64,000 nucleotides of DNA from Gamaleyavirus AN24P2. A program made the translations under genes and the position numbers. This document shows, piece after piece, positions 9,747 to 21,577 of the stretch. Each line of letters begins with the position of its first letter. The stretch's first letter is position 1. The DNA is taken from sequence record OZ035810.1; one strand, 5' to 3'. The notes under the pieces are model-generated. The model saw only the letters and a program-made list of their open reading frames with translations. It was not told where the DNA came from and made no database searches.

Positions 9747-12017
9747 ATGGAACACCAAGACACTTTTAAGCCTTTACCAGACCCGGCTCAATCAGAGAAG
9801 TTAACGGACTGGAAGAAGGAACCAAGTATCCAATTACTGAAGGGTGATTTGGAATCAGCTAAACCTGCTCACGATGCAATCATGGCACAGATTCGTGAGT
9901 GGAATGATCTTATGGAAGTTAAGGGTAAGGCTAAGCCACCAAAGGTGAAGGGACGGTCACAAGTCCAACCTAGACTGGTTCGCCGTCAGGCAGAATGGAG
10001 ATATGCTCCATTGTCTGAACCATTCCTCTCTTCTAACAAACTCTTTAAGGTAACTCCGGTTACTTTTGAAGATGAATTAGCTGCACGTCAAAATGAACTG
10101 GTTCTTAACTACCAATTCCGTACCCAGCTTAATAGAGTAAAGCTGGTAGATGATTACGTGCACAGTGTTGTGGATGATGGTACTGGTATTGCTCGTATTG
10201 GCTGGGAACGTAAGACTGTTAAGATTAAAACAGAAACTCCAGTATTCCAGTTGTATCCAATTGAGAACCAGGAACAAGCAGATGTTCTTCAACAGGCTCT
10301 ACAGCTTCAGGCAGAAAATCCCCGTGAGTATGACGAGACAATGCCAGAGGATATTAAGGAAGCTGTTAACTACTTTAATGAAACTGGTGAAGCTACTTAT
10401 GCAATCCAGACTGGGGTTACTGAAGTAGAAGTAGAGAAAGCACTGGTTAACAGACCTACCGTTGAAATGCTTAATCCTAATAACGTAGTTATTGACCCAA
10501 GCTGTAATGGTGATTTGGATAAGGCTCTGTATGCAGTTATCTCCTTTGAGACATGCAAAGCAGACCTTATGAAAAACAAAGACCGTTATCACAACCTAGA
10601 TAAAATTGACTGGGAAAGTTCTAGTCCTATTACTGACCCAGACCATGAAAGTAAAACCCCTAGCGACTTCCAGTTTAAGGATGCACTACGTAAGAAAGTA
10701 GTTGCTTATGAGTACTGGGGATTCTATGACATTAATGATGACGGTTCACTGGAACCAATTGTTGCTACCTGGATTGGTTCTACTCTTATTCGTATGGAGA
10801 AAAACCCATTCCCTGATGGTAAGTTACCTTTGGTAGTTGTTCCCTACATGCCCCGTAAACGTGAACTCTTCGGTGAAGCTGATGCTGAATTGTTAGGAGA
10901 TAACCAAGCAATTCTCGGTGCAACTATTCGTGGAATGATTGACCTGCTGGGTCGTAGTGCAAATGGTCAACGTGGTTATCCTAAGGGAATGTTAGATACA
11001 CTTAACCGTCGTCGATATGATGATGGACAAGACTATGAATATAACCCAATGCAAGGTAACCCTAGTCAGGCCATTATGGAACATAAGTTCCCCGAGTTAC
11101 CTCAATCAGCAATAGTAATGACTCAGATGCAGAACCAGGAAGCTGAATCACTAACTGGTGTTAAAGCATTTTCCGGTGGTGTAACTGGTTCAGCTTATGG
11201 TGATGTAGCTGCTGGTATTCGAGGTGCACTTGATGCAGCATCCAAACGGGAGATGGCAATTCTTCGTCGATTAGCTAAAGGTATGGCAGACATTGGTACT
11301 AAGATTTGTGCAATGAATGCTGTGTTTTTATCTGAGAAAGAAGTAGTACGTATTACCAATGAGCAGTATGTAGAAATTAATCGTGAAGACCTTAAAGGTA
11401 ATTTCGACATTGAGGTTGATATTAATACTGCTGAAATTGATAACCAGAAATCTCAGGATTTGAGCTTCATGGTTCAAACATTGGGTAATACGGTTGACCA
11501 AACTATTACATTATCTCTTGTAGCAAAGATTGCAGAGCTTAAACGTATGCCAGACCTTGCTCATGAGTTACGTAATTGGAAACCACAGCCAGATCCTATG
11601 GAAGAACAGCTTAAGCAGTTAGCAATTCAGAAAGCACAACTAGAGAATGAAGAGTTGAAAAGTAAGATTGCACTTAATAATGCTAAGGCTAAAGAAGCTG
11701 CTTCCAGTGGTGACCTTAAAGATTTGGATTATCTGGAACAGGAATCTGGTACTAAACATGCCCGAGATATGGAAAAACAAAAAGCACAATCTCAAGGAAA
11801 CCAAAACCTTCAGATAACTAAGGCATTGACAACACCCGTTAAAGAAGGGGAAACTACCCCCAACATATCTGCTGCTGTTGGATATAATACTTTGACTAAC
11901 GGGAACTCTATACCAGAACGTGATTTAGCTGCTCAACAAGACCCGGCTTACTCACTTAGTTCCCAATACTATGACCCTAGCCAAGACCCAGCATCGGCTC
12001 TTGGTATGAACCTATAA
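9747..12017 (+). CDS. portal protein
   Basis: 756-aa protein (N4 portal is of similar size); follows the lysis cassette and precedes scaffold/capsid genes; acidic C-terminus. Confidence 0.7.
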   Translation: MEHQDTFKPLPDPAQSEKLTDWKKEPSIQLLKGDLESAKPAHDAIMAQIREWNDLMEVKGKAKPPKVKGRSQVQPRLVRRQAEWRYAPLSEPFLSSNKLFKVTPVTFEDELAARQNELVLNYQFRTQLNRVKLVDDYVHSVVDDGTGIARIGWERKTVKIKTETPVFQLYPIENQEQADVLQQALQLQAENPREYDETMPEDIKEAVNYFNETGEATYAIQTGVTEVEVEKALVNRPTVEMLNPNNVVIDPSCNGDLDKALYAVISFETCKADLMKNKDRYHNLDKIDWESSSPITDPDHESKTPSDFQFKDALRKKVVAYEYWGFYDINDDGSLEPIVATWIGSTLIRMEKNPFPDGKLPLVVVPYMPRKRELFGEADAELLGDNQAILGATIRGMIDLLGRSANGQRGYPKGMLDTLNRRRYDDGQDYEYNPMQGNPSQAIMEHKFPELPQSAIVMTQMQNQEAESLTGVKAFSGGVTGSAYGDVAAGIRGALDAASKREMAILRRLAKGMADIGTKICAMNAVFLSEKEVVRITNEQYVEINREDLKGNFDIEVDINTAEIDNQKSQDLSFMVQTLGNTVDQTITLSLVAKIAELKRMPDLAHELRNWKPQPDPMEEQLKQLAIQKAQLENEELKSKIALNNAKAKEAASSGDLKDLDYLEQESGTKHARDMEKQKAQSQGNQNLQITKALTTPVKEGETTPNISAAVGYNTLTNGNSIPERDLAAQQDPAYSLSSQYYDPSQDPASALGMNL

Positions 12018-12030
12018 GGCAGACCTTCAC

Positions 12031-12375
12031 ATGAGTAAAGAATCAACAATCGCTGGACTGGAACATCGACTAGAAGCTGCTAAAGGTGCAGTTGCACATG
12101 CAGAAGATGTACGTAAACTTCTGGAGAATCCACTGTTCCGTAAAGTAATTCTTCGCCAATTCTGTGTAGAAGATTGTGCACGTTACGTACAAGAGTCTGG
12201 TGACCCACTGCTTGAACCTAATAACCGTGCAGATGCACTAAACATGGCTCAGGCTGCTGGTCACTTACGTCGTTGGCTCGACCTCGCCATTCGTATGGGC
12301 GAAAACGAAGCTGACGTTATTCTACAGGTAGAAGAAGAACTCGATGCAGTTCGTGCTGAACCTGAAGACGAATAA
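12031..12375 (+). CDS. hypothetical protein (head module)
   Basis: 114-aa ORF with ATG start between portal and scaffold-like gene. Confidence 0.4.
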   Translation: MSKESTIAGLEHRLEAAKGAVAHAEDVRKLLENPLFRKVILRQFCVEDCARYVQESGDPLLEPNNRADALNMAQAAGHLRRWLDLAIRMGENEADVILQVEEELDAVRAEPEDE

Positions 12376-12394
12376 TTAACCGGAGATATTTCCT

Positions 12395-13615
12395 ATGACT
12401 ACGGAAGCTGCAACCACAGCTTCCGACATTCTCGCAATGTCGGATGATGAGATTCTGAATATGGAAGCCCCAGCAGTTATCGCTGAGGAAGACACTTCCA
12501 CTCAGAACAACCCTGAAACCAACGGCGTACAGACTCCTGATGAAGAAGTTGACCCACCTGCTGTTGAAGACCTACCAACCGAAGAAACCTCCCCAGAAGC
12601 CGAACCAGATGCAGAAGATTCAGCAAATACTTTAACTTCTGATAAAGTTGATGATAAAGTTATTGACACAGAAGTTGATAGTAACGGCGAGCCGATTACT
12701 AAAGCTGAACCTTCTACTACTGAACCAGGCCAGGAACAGAAAGAAGAAGGCAAACAGTCTGAAGGTCTGCCTGCTGACTTCAACTATAAGGAAGGTTATG
12801 AGAAGTTGATGGCTCCTTTTAAAGCTAACGGCAAAATGATTACTCCCCGTTCACCGGAGGAGGCCATTAGCCTGATGCAGATGGGTGCTAACTATACTCG
12901 TAAGATGCAAGAACTTCAGCCATACCGTAAGGTAATGCTGATGTTACAGAACAACGGCTTAATGGATGAGGACAAACTTTCTTTCCTGATTGATCTGGAT
13001 AAAAAGAATCCGGAAGCCATTAAGAAGTTGCTCAAAGACTCTGGTACAGACCCTCTGGACTTTAACCCAGATGAGGAAATTAACTACCAGGGTGGCAATC
13101 ACCGTGTTACCGACACCGAAGCAGATTTTGCAACCGAAATTGACGACTTAAAGTCTACTCAAGAAGGACAAGCTACATTAGGTGTTATTAGTTCGACATG
13201 GGATGCTGCCAGTAAAGATGCTCTTTACCAGAACCGTGGCCTACTTCAGACTATTCACGAACAACGTGAGAATGGTATTTATGACACCATTGCAAACGAA
13301 GTGAATCGTCTCCAGATGTTAGGTCAGATTCCGGTTGGTACTCCGTTTATTCAGGCTTACAACCACGTCGGTAACCTTCTTGCACAGCAAGGAGCATTTA
13401 ACCGAGTGGCTAAGCCTGAACCGGTACAAACAGTTAAACCAGTGGTTCAGCCGGTAGTGCGTGTAGCACAGCCTAAGCAGACTCTGGCTAACAGTGAGCA
13501 AGCTAAGGCAGCTTCCCTTAATCGAGCTGCTACACGTAAAGCAACACCTATTGTAAACCCACTCGCTATGAGTGATGAAGATTTCGCTAAACTCCCAGTA
13601 CCGGGTAGTCTTTAA
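12395..13615 (+). CDS. putative scaffolding protein
   Basis: 406-aa protein with a highly acidic, low-complexity N-terminal third, directly upstream of the major capsid gene. Confidence 0.45.
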   Translation: MTTEAATTASDILAMSDDEILNMEAPAVIAEEDTSTQNNPETNGVQTPDEEVDPPAVEDLPTEETSPEAEPDAEDSANTLTSDKVDDKVIDTEVDSNGEPITKAEPSTTEPGQEQKEEGKQSEGLPADFNYKEGYEKLMAPFKANGKMITPRSPEEAISLMQMGANYTRKMQELQPYRKVMLMLQNNGLMDEDKLSFLIDLDKKNPEAIKKLLKDSGTDPLDFNPDEEINYQGGNHRVTDTEADFATEIDDLKSTQEGQATLGVISSTWDAASKDALYQNRGLLQTIHEQRENGIYDTIANEVNRLQMLGQIPVGTPFIQAYNHVGNLLAQQGAFNRVAKPEPVQTVKPVVQPVVRVAQPKQTLANSEQAKAASLNRAATRKATPIVNPLAMSDEDFAKLPVPGSL

Positions 13616-13631
13616 ACAGGAATAAGATGAT

Positions 13632-14834
13632 ATGTTAAACTATAACGCTCCAGTTAACGGTCAGAAATCTAGCATTGATGGTGCTGGTTCCGACCAGATG
13701 AATACCTTTTATTGGCTGAAGAAAGCTATTATTCAGTCCCGTAAAGACCAGTACTTCATGCCACTGGCTAACACTATTAACATGCCTAAGAACTACGGTA
13801 AGACTGTTAAGGTGTATGAGTACGTTCCACTGCTTGATGATAAGAACATTAACGACCAGGGTATCGATGCTAATGGTGCTACCATCGTTAATGGTAACCT
13901 GTATGGTTCTTCTAAAGACGTCGGTAACATCACTTCTAAACTGCCTCTGCTGACAGAGAATGGTGGTCGTGTTAACCGTGTAGGTTTTACTCGTCTGTCT
14001 CGTGAAGGTTCCATCCATAAGTTCGGTTTCTTCTACGAATTTACTCAAGAGTCTCTGGACTTTGATTCCGATGACCAACTGAAAGAACATCTGTCACGCG
14101 AACTGATGAATGGTGCTGTGCAGTTGACTGAAGCCGTTCTCCAGAAAGACCTGCTGGCTGCTGCTGGTACTGTACTGTATGCAGGTGCTGCTACCTCCGA
14201 TGCCACCATCACTGGTGAAACTTCTACCCCGTCTGTAGTTTCTTATAAGAACCTGATGCGTCTTGACCAGATTCTCACTGAGAACCGTACCCCGACTCAG
14301 ACTACTATCATCACTGGTTCTAAACTGACTGATACTAAAGTACTTGGTGGTACTCGTGTAATGTATGTTGGTTCTGAATTGGTTCCAGAATTGAAAGCGA
14401 TGAAAGACCTGTTCGGTAACAAAGCATTCATTGAAATTCAGCACTATGCTGATGCTGGTACTCTGATGAATGGTGAAGTTGGTTGTATCGATAAGTTCCG
14501 TATTATCCAGGTTCCAGAGATGCTGCATTGGGCAGGTGCAGGTGCTCAAGCTACTTCTAACCCGGGCTACCGTTCCTCTATGGTTAATGGTCAGGAACAC
14601 TACGACGTATTCCCGATGCTGGTAGTTGGTGATGATTCCTTCTCTACCATTGGCTTCCAGACTGACGGTAAGTCCGTTAAGTTCTCTATTATGACTAAGA
14701 TGCCTGGTCGAGAAACTGCTGACCGTAATGACCCGTATGGTGAAACTGGCTTCAGTTCCATCAAGTGGTACTACGGTATCCTGGTTAAACGCCCAGAACG
14801 TCTGGCTATGATTAAGACTGTTGCTCCTCTGTAA
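13632..14834 (+). CDS. major capsid protein
   Basis: 400-aa ORF (N4 major capsid protein is about 400 aa); AGGA RBS; strongly biased codon usage; followed by a hairpin. Confidence 0.75.
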   Translation: MLNYNAPVNGQKSSIDGAGSDQMNTFYWLKKAIIQSRKDQYFMPLANTINMPKNYGKTVKVYEYVPLLDDKNINDQGIDANGATIVNGNLYGSSKDVGNITSKLPLLTENGGRVNRVGFTRLSREGSIHKFGFFYEFTQESLDFDSDDQLKEHLSRELMNGAVQLTEAVLQKDLLAAAGTVLYAGAATSDATITGETSTPSVVSYKNLMRLDQILTENRTPTQTTIITGSKLTDTKVLGGTRVMYVGSELVPELKAMKDLFGNKAFIEIQHYADAGTLMNGEVGCIDKFRIIQVPEMLHWAGAGAQATSNPGYRSSMVNGQEHYDVFPMLVVGDDSFSTIGFQTDGKSVKFSIMTKMPGRETADRNDPYGETGFSSIKWYYGILVKRPERLAMIKTVAPL

Positions 14835-14851
14835 TAGTCCGAAATAAAACA

Positions 14852-14875
14852 AGGGGGACATTAGTCCCCCTCTTA
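14852..14875 (+). terminator. terminator/attenuator-like hairpin after the capsid gene
   Basis: AGGGGGAC-ATTA-GTCCCCCT stem-loop; the 3' T-tract is weak. Confidence 0.35.
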
Positions 14876-14907
14876 ACAAAATTAGTTGAACCACAGGAAA
14901 TATTAAC

Positions 14908-15543
14908 ATGAGCATTAACGATAAACCGACCGCTGGCGTAGACGTGAACGTGCAGGGCAACGAAGATACCGTTAACGATATTGCAATGCCTAGTGAACTT
15001 GAGGTTCTTAAGCAACGTGCAACATTGATGAATATTAAGTTCTCTAACAACATCTCCGTTGAAAAACTCCGTGAGAAGATTGAAGCTGCACAAGCAAAAG
15101 ATGAACCAGTAGTAGAAGAAGCTGCTATTAACCCATTGGGTGAAAAACAAGAAGCAGGTGTTAAGAAGATGACTCTGGGTCAGAAGATCCGTGCAGAACA
15201 GACTCGACTGATTCGTGTACGTATTCAAAACCTTGACCCTAAGAAGAAAGACCTGCCTGGTGAGATTATCACCGTAGCTAACGAATATATGGGTACTGTA
15301 CGTAAGTTTGTACCGTTCGGTGAAGTCACTGACAACGGTTATCATATTCCGTACTGTATCTATGAGTTCCTTAAAGAGCGTAAGTTCATCAACATTACGA
15401 CTCGCAAAGGTAAGAATGGCTTACCGGATATCCGTGCAACAGAAGCACGAGAGTTCTCCATTGAAGTACTGCCACCGCTGACTGAAGCAGAACTGGCTCA
15501 ACTGGCTCAAGCACAGATTGCTGCTGGTAGCCTGAACGATTAA
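14908..15543 (+). CDS. virion structural protein
   Basis: 211-aa ORF with AGGAAA RBS in the structural gene block. Confidence 0.45.
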   Translation: MSINDKPTAGVDVNVQGNEDTVNDIAMPSELEVLKQRATLMNIKFSNNISVEKLREKIEAAQAKDEPVVEEAAINPLGEKQEAGVKKMTLGQKIRAEQTRLIRVRIQNLDPKKKDLPGEIITVANEYMGTVRKFVPFGEVTDNGYHIPYCIYEFLKERKFINITTRKGKNGLPDIRATEAREFSIEVLPPLTEAELAQLAQAQIAAGSLND

Positions 15544-15563
15544 CGTATAAGCTACAGTTCAAC

Positions 15564-15601
15564 ACGGCTCACTGGGGTAACTCCGTGGGCCGTTTCTTTT
15601 T
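15564..15601 (+). terminator. terminator-like hairpin
   Basis: Imperfect inverted repeat ACGGCTCAC...GTGGGCCGT followed by TTCTTTTT. Confidence 0.35.
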
Positions 15602-15613
15602 GAACCAAGAGGA

Positions 15614-16456
15614 ATGATTATGTCTTGTTCTGCTGAGGTAGAAGCTAACCGACTCCTAGTAGAGTTAACTAAGGGTGATGACTTTACTCTGCCCAATGTT
15701 GATATGTCCGGTCCTGCATGGGATATCCCAGGTGGAGATACTTCCCCAATCTTTGGTGCTATTGATAAAGTAACCAATGAGTCACTCACTACTCGTGAAG
15801 TAGGTGGTAGTGGTACGTTTGATGCATTAATGGAATCTGCACACAATCATCTCAAAGCCGAGTTTAAAGCTAACCGTATTACTGGTGGTGAATATACCAA
15901 AGCGTACATTGCTATGATGGAAGCCTGTATGAGTAATGCTGTTCAGTTCTTACTTGGGCGTGACCAAGCATACTGGGCTGCTGCTATGGCACAGATTCAG
16001 GCAGTTACTGCACGTGTTGGTTTAGCAACGGCTAAGGCTCAGTTTGTACTTGCTAAGGTACAGGCACTGTCTACTAAGTCTGAGTATGCCTTAACTAAGC
16101 TGAAGCTCTCTAATGAGGGTCAAAATTACTGTGCTGCAAAATTCAATGTGGATGAGATTCTTCCAGCTCAGGAACGTTTACTTAAAGAACAGTATGAAGT
16201 ACAGCGTGCACAGACCATGGAAACACGTTCAGACTCATTGCCTATTGCTGGTTCTATTGGTAAACAGAAAGAATTGTACTCTCAACAGATTACTTCTTAT
16301 CAACGGGATGCAGAAGTGAAGGCATCCAAGCTGTTTACTGATGCATGGATTACTCAGAAGACTATTGATGAAGGTTTGAATCCACCTAATGGTTTTACTA
16401 ACGCAAGTATTGATACCATCTTGGACAAGCTGAAATCTAACAACGGGCTGAACTAA
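15614..16456 (+). CDS. virion structural protein
   Basis: 280-aa ORF with ATG and RBS, in the structural block between capsid and vRNAP. Confidence 0.45.
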   Translation: MIMSCSAEVEANRLLVELTKGDDFTLPNVDMSGPAWDIPGGDTSPIFGAIDKVTNESLTTREVGGSGTFDALMESAHNHLKAEFKANRITGGEYTKAYIAMMEACMSNAVQFLLGRDQAYWAAAMAQIQAVTARVGLATAKAQFVLAKVQALSTKSEYALTKLKLSNEGQNYCAAKFNVDEILPAQERLLKEQYEVQRAQTMETRSDSLPIAGSIGKQKELYSQQITSYQRDAEVKASKLFTDAWITQKTIDEGLNPPNGFTNASIDTILDKLKSNNGLN

Positions 16457-16457
16457 T

Positions 16458-19112
16458 ATGGGCTTATTCAGTGGGAAGACTAAAGTATACGTAGCATCCT
16501 CTGTCTACAATATGGCAGGGGATATACATAAGCGTCCAAACTATATGAAGACTGTAGTTATCGGTAAGATTGTTGCTGATACTGGATTTACTATGGCAGA
16601 TACTATCTCTGATAGTTACCTGAACGGACCGGGTACTCGTATGCGATTGTTCTCTAGCTGGAGTAAGAATCACTATGACTCTATCGTTGGTATGGCTGGT
16701 TCCTCATTGGGTGTATTAGCCAAGATTGACCCTGCTGTTATAGAGGGTCAAATTACCCCTCCTGCCGGGGAATCTGTCTATGTTCAGGCAGCAAATATTG
16801 GCTTTGCTGATTTTGAGCAGTGGTGTGACCAGTATCTTTATGAGAATGCCCCAAGTCGAATCATGGAACGATTCGACATAGACATTAACGAGGACACTAA
16901 TGAAATTACTATGACCTCCTTAGATGGAGGCTCTACTATTACATTTACACCTACCAACTTTGAACCAGGTGCTCTGTATCTCTATGCTGATTACACATTC
17001 TATAAGTCACCTACTACCTACCCACCCGTAGAAGGTCCGACTACTGTCTATGATAATGAAGATGATTTACCGTCTACCTTGTTGTGGACTACTGTCTCCA
17101 GTGATACGACAGCTAATACAACTAACCTTACTAAGACTATACAGACTCATTCGGTTTATTCTGACGGTAGACCGGATGAGGACAGTACTGTTACTGAACC
17201 AAGTGTGGATAACTGGAACTCTTACGTTAAGGTTTATCGTAGGGGATTCACTGAGAAACCAGATGGTGTAACTGTAGTTGTATCTGACAGGGTAATGACT
17301 CATAAAAAGTTTGGTGAGATTCAATCCAGTACTTCTGTAACTACTAATGTAGTTGATATAGGTAATGGTGTTACTCGTACAGATACGATCACCACTACTA
17401 CTGAGACACTGGTTCGTAAGTATTCCTCCCAGACTACTCATACTGACACTGAAATGACTGCTGTTAGTACTCCCAAGATGCTCATCTATAAGCATAACTC
17501 TGGCAATACTGTACTAGACTCATTATTTGAGACTGAAGCTACTGATAACCGATTCTATCCATTTATTCCAATCAGGAATGATAAACAATGGGTAGAGAAT
17601 GACCCAATTTACCCACACTGTAAAAAGGCTCTTTATAAAGCCACTGGGGGTAAACTTAATAAAGTAACAGCAGAGCTTAAGAAAAATAATGATATAGGGG
17701 ATATACAGTACATCTACGGTACATTTGGTGTATCTCTTAATACTCCAGAGGATACTGCTAAGGAATACATCTATCGTTTTTTTCAGATGGCTACCGAAGC
17801 GTTTCCACCTGACCCAACATACCCAACTCTGGAATCAGTAATTGCAGGATACCAGGCAGCCAATGATGCAGTTGATGCATATGTAGAATGGTGGAACAGG
17901 CAGGAAGGTCATATTGTTGGAACACCTCCCCCCTTGCCAGAATACCCTGTCATACCTAAGCGAGAGTTTAGGGTACATAGTAATAAGCAGTACAAATACG
18001 ACATGACTATTAGCTGGAATTATGTATTTGAAACTACTCACTCAGGTAAAGCATGGTCTGGTGCTAAACAAGGGCAACTTCGAGCCAGGTATGCAGGGGA
18101 TATAACTCTTACACGCAAGAACATACGTACAGCTAGTAACTCTGGTTCAGCTAAAAGATTAGAAGTTACTCCTACGTTTTACTCTATGCAGGAATATGAG
18201 TTGCTTTGGCAAGATGGTAATAACACCTATCGTAAACTTAGGGTGCTGGGCTTACACCATAGCAACAGGGTTTATAAAAACAAGTCAGTGAATATTGATG
18301 TTGCTGAAGCTATGGGTGATGCAGAGGAGAGTGGATTCATAATCCCCCTACATACTAATATCTATCGTTCTATGTCACTGGTTCGTGGTACTCAGTTATC
18401 TACTGCTTGCTCCTACTTAGTGATGAACTCATACAAAAAGGTTAAGAAGAAGTGGTATCAAACTTCTGCCTTTAAGATTGTGGTGGTTGTGGTTGCTGTA
18501 GTTGCATCCGTATTTACTATGGGTGCAGGTGGTGCTGGTATTCTTGGAGCTTACGGTGCAGTCGGTGCATCACTCGGTTTTGTTGGATTGGCTGCCGTAA
18601 TAGTAGGTGCTGTAGCAAACACCATTGCTGCAATGATTCTGATATCCATCACTACTAAAGTAGCTACTTCACTGTTTGGCGATAAGCTAGGTTTTATCAT
18701 TGCTGCTATTGCCTCGATGGTAGCCATGAATGTTGGTACTGCTTTATCTACTGGTACGTCCTTATCTTCTCTAGCCGGTGAAATGATGAATGCCCAAAAC
18801 ATCATGCAGCTTACTAGTTCGGTTGGTAATGGTATTAGTCAGTATATTAATGCATCCACGGCTGCTACTATTCAGAAAGCTGAGAAAGTAATGCAGCAGT
18901 ACAATACTGATATGATGGCAATCAATAAGCAGTATGAAGAGATGTTTGGTACTGCTGGGCAGGGTGTAATTGACCCTATGCAATTCGTGTCAATGGAGTC
19001 GTTGGATTCATTCCTTTCACGTACTCTTATGACTGGTTCGGATATAGCTGACATGTCCTTAAGCATGATAGGTAACTACTCCGATATGACTCTCAATACT
19101 GACCTTGTTTAA
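16458..19112 (+). CDS. large virion protein with C-terminal Gly/Ala-rich membrane-spanning segments (candidate ejection/channel protein)
   Basis: 884 aa; C-terminal region contains consecutive hydrophobic glycine-zipper-like stretches (VVVVVAVVASVFTMGAGGAGILGAYGAVGASLGFVGLAAVIVGAVANTIAAMILI). Confidence 0.45.
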   Translation: MGLFSGKTKVYVASSVYNMAGDIHKRPNYMKTVVIGKIVADTGFTMADTISDSYLNGPGTRMRLFSSWSKNHYDSIVGMAGSSLGVLAKIDPAVIEGQITPPAGESVYVQAANIGFADFEQWCDQYLYENAPSRIMERFDIDINEDTNEITMTSLDGGSTITFTPTNFEPGALYLYADYTFYKSPTTYPPVEGPTTVYDNEDDLPSTLLWTTVSSDTTANTTNLTKTIQTHSVYSDGRPDEDSTVTEPSVDNWNSYVKVYRRGFTEKPDGVTVVVSDRVMTHKKFGEIQSSTSVTTNVVDIGNGVTRTDTITTTTETLVRKYSSQTTHTDTEMTAVSTPKMLIYKHNSGNTVLDSLFETEATDNRFYPFIPIRNDKQWVENDPIYPHCKKALYKATGGKLNKVTAELKKNNDIGDIQYIYGTFGVSLNTPEDTAKEYIYRFFQMATEAFPPDPTYPTLESVIAGYQAANDAVDAYVEWWNRQEGHIVGTPPPLPEYPVIPKREFRVHSNKQYKYDMTISWNYVFETTHSGKAWSGAKQGQLRARYAGDITLTRKNIRTASNSGSAKRLEVTPTFYSMQEYELLWQDGNNTYRKLRVLGLHHSNRVYKNKSVNIDVAEAMGDAEESGFIIPLHTNIYRSMSLVRGTQLSTACSYLVMNSYKKVKKKWYQTSAFKIVVVVVAVVASVFTMGAGGAGILGAYGAVGASLGFVGLAAVIVGAVANTIAAMILISITTKVATSLFGDKLGFIIAAIASMVAMNVGTALSTGTSLSSLAGEMMNAQNIMQLTSSVGNGISQYINASTAATIQKAEKVMQQYNTDMMAINKQYEEMFGTAGQGVIDPMQFVSMESLDSFLSRTLMTGSDIADMSLSMIGNYSDMTLNTDLV

Positions 19113-19125
19113 CAGGAGAATCCTC

Positions 19126-19569
19126 ATGGATTTGTCATTCTTTACGGGCAACCCAACTCCACAGCCAGCGGCTATGTCTTGGATGCCCAATAATAATCAG
19201 AACTTTAATACCCCTGCTATGAATTACATCCCAGGTGCATCCATTGGTATGGGTACAAATGCAGGAGTATCTTCTCCTACTTCTTTCTTGTCTGGTTCAG
19301 CTAATCAGTTGGGAATGAACGTACCTACCTTCCAGTTAGGGCTTGGTGCACTTGGTTCATTGGCTAATATCTATAGTGGTTTCCAGGCCAATAAGTTAGC
19401 CAAAGACCAGTTGAACTTTGCTAAGAGTGTTACTAACACTAACCTGAATAACCAGATTAAGTCTTATAACACTGCTCTGGAAGATCGTGCTCGTAGCCGT
19501 GCTACAGCAGAGAACCGTGACCAGTCTACTGCTGATGCTTATATTGCAGCTAATAAATTAACTCGTTAA
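19126..19569 (+). CDS. virion structural protein
   Basis: ORF-track start 19105 is TTG; ATG at 19126 has an AGGAGA RBS. Confidence 0.4.
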   Translation: MDLSFFTGNPTPQPAAMSWMPNNNQNFNTPAMNYIPGASIGMGTNAGVSSPTSFLSGSANQLGMNVPTFQLGLGALGSLANIYSGFQANKLAKDQLNFAKSVTNTNLNNQIKSYNTALEDRARSRATAENRDQSTADAYIAANKLTR

Positions 19570-19581
19570 TAGGAAACCATC

Positions 19582-21546
19582 ATGGCTCAAATTACATGGC
19601 GTAATGTTGATGCACCTAACTTCTCTGGAGTTGGTGACAGCATTCGCACATTTGGAAGCATGATTGGTAACGCCACCTCCGGCTTAAGTGATGCACTGGG
19701 TAATTTCCAGAACGCTGCCAAGCAGGAGGCTGGCAATGCCGTCATGATGAATGCTATGCAGTATCAAGACCCAACTGAGTATCGTAATGCTTTGGCGTCT
19801 GGTGCACTGTTTCAGGGTGTTGACCCTTCTCTGATAAGCCAACGTACTCTCCAGAATCTGGATGAACGAGCAGGTACATTATTGAGTCAGCAAGGTCAAC
19901 AAGGAACCAATGACTACAATAACTATCGTTTTGGTCGATTACAGAAAAATGATTCTGCGTTAGATAATGCTTCTCCCGCTATTCGTTTATTGTCTGAAGC
20001 TTACCAGTCTGGTGACCAGAATCGTATTAATACTGCATTGGGTCAGACTCGTGAGGCATTATCTACGCTCCCAGCTGACCAACAGTTAGAATTGTTAGGT
20101 AGTTTACAAGGACAGGGTAGTGCTGCTATTAATCAGGCGAGCAATCGTTTTGATTTGGGTGTTGCTCAACGTAATGATGCCGATAGTCAGGCAGCTATGG
20201 GTGTAATGGCACAGATTACCCGTGGTGCTGAGAACCCTAATGATGCCCGTCTGTTGGCAGAAGCATACAGTAAGAACCTGTCTCCAGTTGCACAGGCACG
20301 CTTGCAGGGATTACTGGCTAATGCTTACCCGGGTGTTTACGGTAATGGTGTAGGTGCTACGTCTGCTCCTGGTACTGCTGGTACTCGTCAGGGTTCACCT
20401 TACGATGTTACTTATCAGTTTGCTGGTACATCTACTCCTATTACTCAAATGAGTATTGGTGATGTAATTAAACACCAGGATGGTATGAAATCGAACCAGG
20501 GTGCTTCCCCTGTTGGTGCATTCCAGATTAACCAAGCTACTCTGAAAGACTTCGCTCCCAAAGTTCTTGGTTCAGATTGGCAAAGCCAGCCTCTTTCTGC
20601 TGAGAACCAGGATAAGATTGGTAAGGCTATCTTCGAGTCTCGTAAGAATGGCAACCTTAAAGATACCTGGGCTGCTCTTCCTAACTCTACCCCAGGTGCT
20701 TATAAGGACATGACTTGGGAAGAGATTAAACCTGTTATTGCCCAAGCTGAAGTAGGGGCTGACCCACTCGCTATGGTTCAGAATAATCAAGGCAATCAGG
20801 CAGTATCTACCTTGGCTCAGGGTATGATTGGTACACGTTCTATGCAGGATAATACCGGTAGTCTTAATACTGACTTCCTTGGTACTGTCACTGATAATAC
20901 CCCAGTAGGTGAGATTGCTAACCGTCTGTTGGAAGGTGATTTTAAAGGTGCTGACCGTAACTGGGTACTGAACCGACTGAACGATATTTCTCAACGTGGA
21001 AATATGTCACCAGCTATGGCTGCTGCTGTTATGCAACGTGCACAGACTGGTGTACCAGAAGGTTATATTAGTCGTGCTATTGATGCAGTTAACCCATTCA
21101 TTACCAACGAAGCCGGTAATGGTATGCGTCTTAATGACCGTCAGGTAGAACAGTTAATTGAGGGTGTGAAACGGGGAGAACCACTGGAAGGTAGTGTTCG
21201 TAACCTAGGTCGTGCTCAGGCTATGCAGAATATTCAGGCAGCACAGACTGCATATGATGCTGCTGTAGCTGCACTGACAAATACCCAGAATAAGATTAAC
21301 ACCGGGCAAAGTGGTCTTACTGCACTGTTACCTGCACGTCAGGAAGCTGTTAATAAAGCTGCTGCAATGCTACAAGCTGCACAGGCACAAGTACAGGCTG
21401 ACCCAGCTAACCTGGCTCCAAAAGGTTTTCGGTCACAGGCTAGTGTGGACAGGGCACGAGCAAAGGAAGATGAAGAACGTGCTGCACGTTACCTACGTCA
21501 GGCACAAGGATTGCCTGAGTATATGCAACCAAGACAAAATCGGTAA
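19582..21546 (+). CDS. virion structural protein (N4 gp51-like by position)
   Basis: 654-aa ORF immediately upstream of the vRNAP gene; AGGAAA RBS. Confidence 0.45.
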   Translation: MAQITWRNVDAPNFSGVGDSIRTFGSMIGNATSGLSDALGNFQNAAKQEAGNAVMMNAMQYQDPTEYRNALASGALFQGVDPSLISQRTLQNLDERAGTLLSQQGQQGTNDYNNYRFGRLQKNDSALDNASPAIRLLSEAYQSGDQNRINTALGQTREALSTLPADQQLELLGSLQGQGSAAINQASNRFDLGVAQRNDADSQAAMGVMAQITRGAENPNDARLLAEAYSKNLSPVAQARLQGLLANAYPGVYGNGVGATSAPGTAGTRQGSPYDVTYQFAGTSTPITQMSIGDVIKHQDGMKSNQGASPVGAFQINQATLKDFAPKVLGSDWQSQPLSAENQDKIGKAIFESRKNGNLKDTWAALPNSTPGAYKDMTWEEIKPVIAQAEVGADPLAMVQNNQGNQAVSTLAQGMIGTRSMQDNTGSLNTDFLGTVTDNTPVGEIANRLLEGDFKGADRNWVLNRLNDISQRGNMSPAMAAAVMQRAQTGVPEGYISRAIDAVNPFITNEAGNGMRLNDRQVEQLIEGVKRGEPLEGSVRNLGRAQAMQNIQAAQTAYDAAVAALTNTQNKINTGQSGLTALLPARQEAVNKAAAMLQAAQAQVQADPANLAPKGFRSQASVDRARAKEDEERAARYLRQAQGLPEYMQPRQNR

Positions 21547-21553
21547 TACTAAT

Positions 21554-21577
21554 AAAAGCCCTTCGGGGCTTTTTTCT
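21554..21577 (+). terminator. rho-independent terminator
   Basis: AAAAGCCC-TTCG-GGGCTTTT hairpin followed by a T-run; same family as the hairpin at 7933. Confidence 0.6.
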
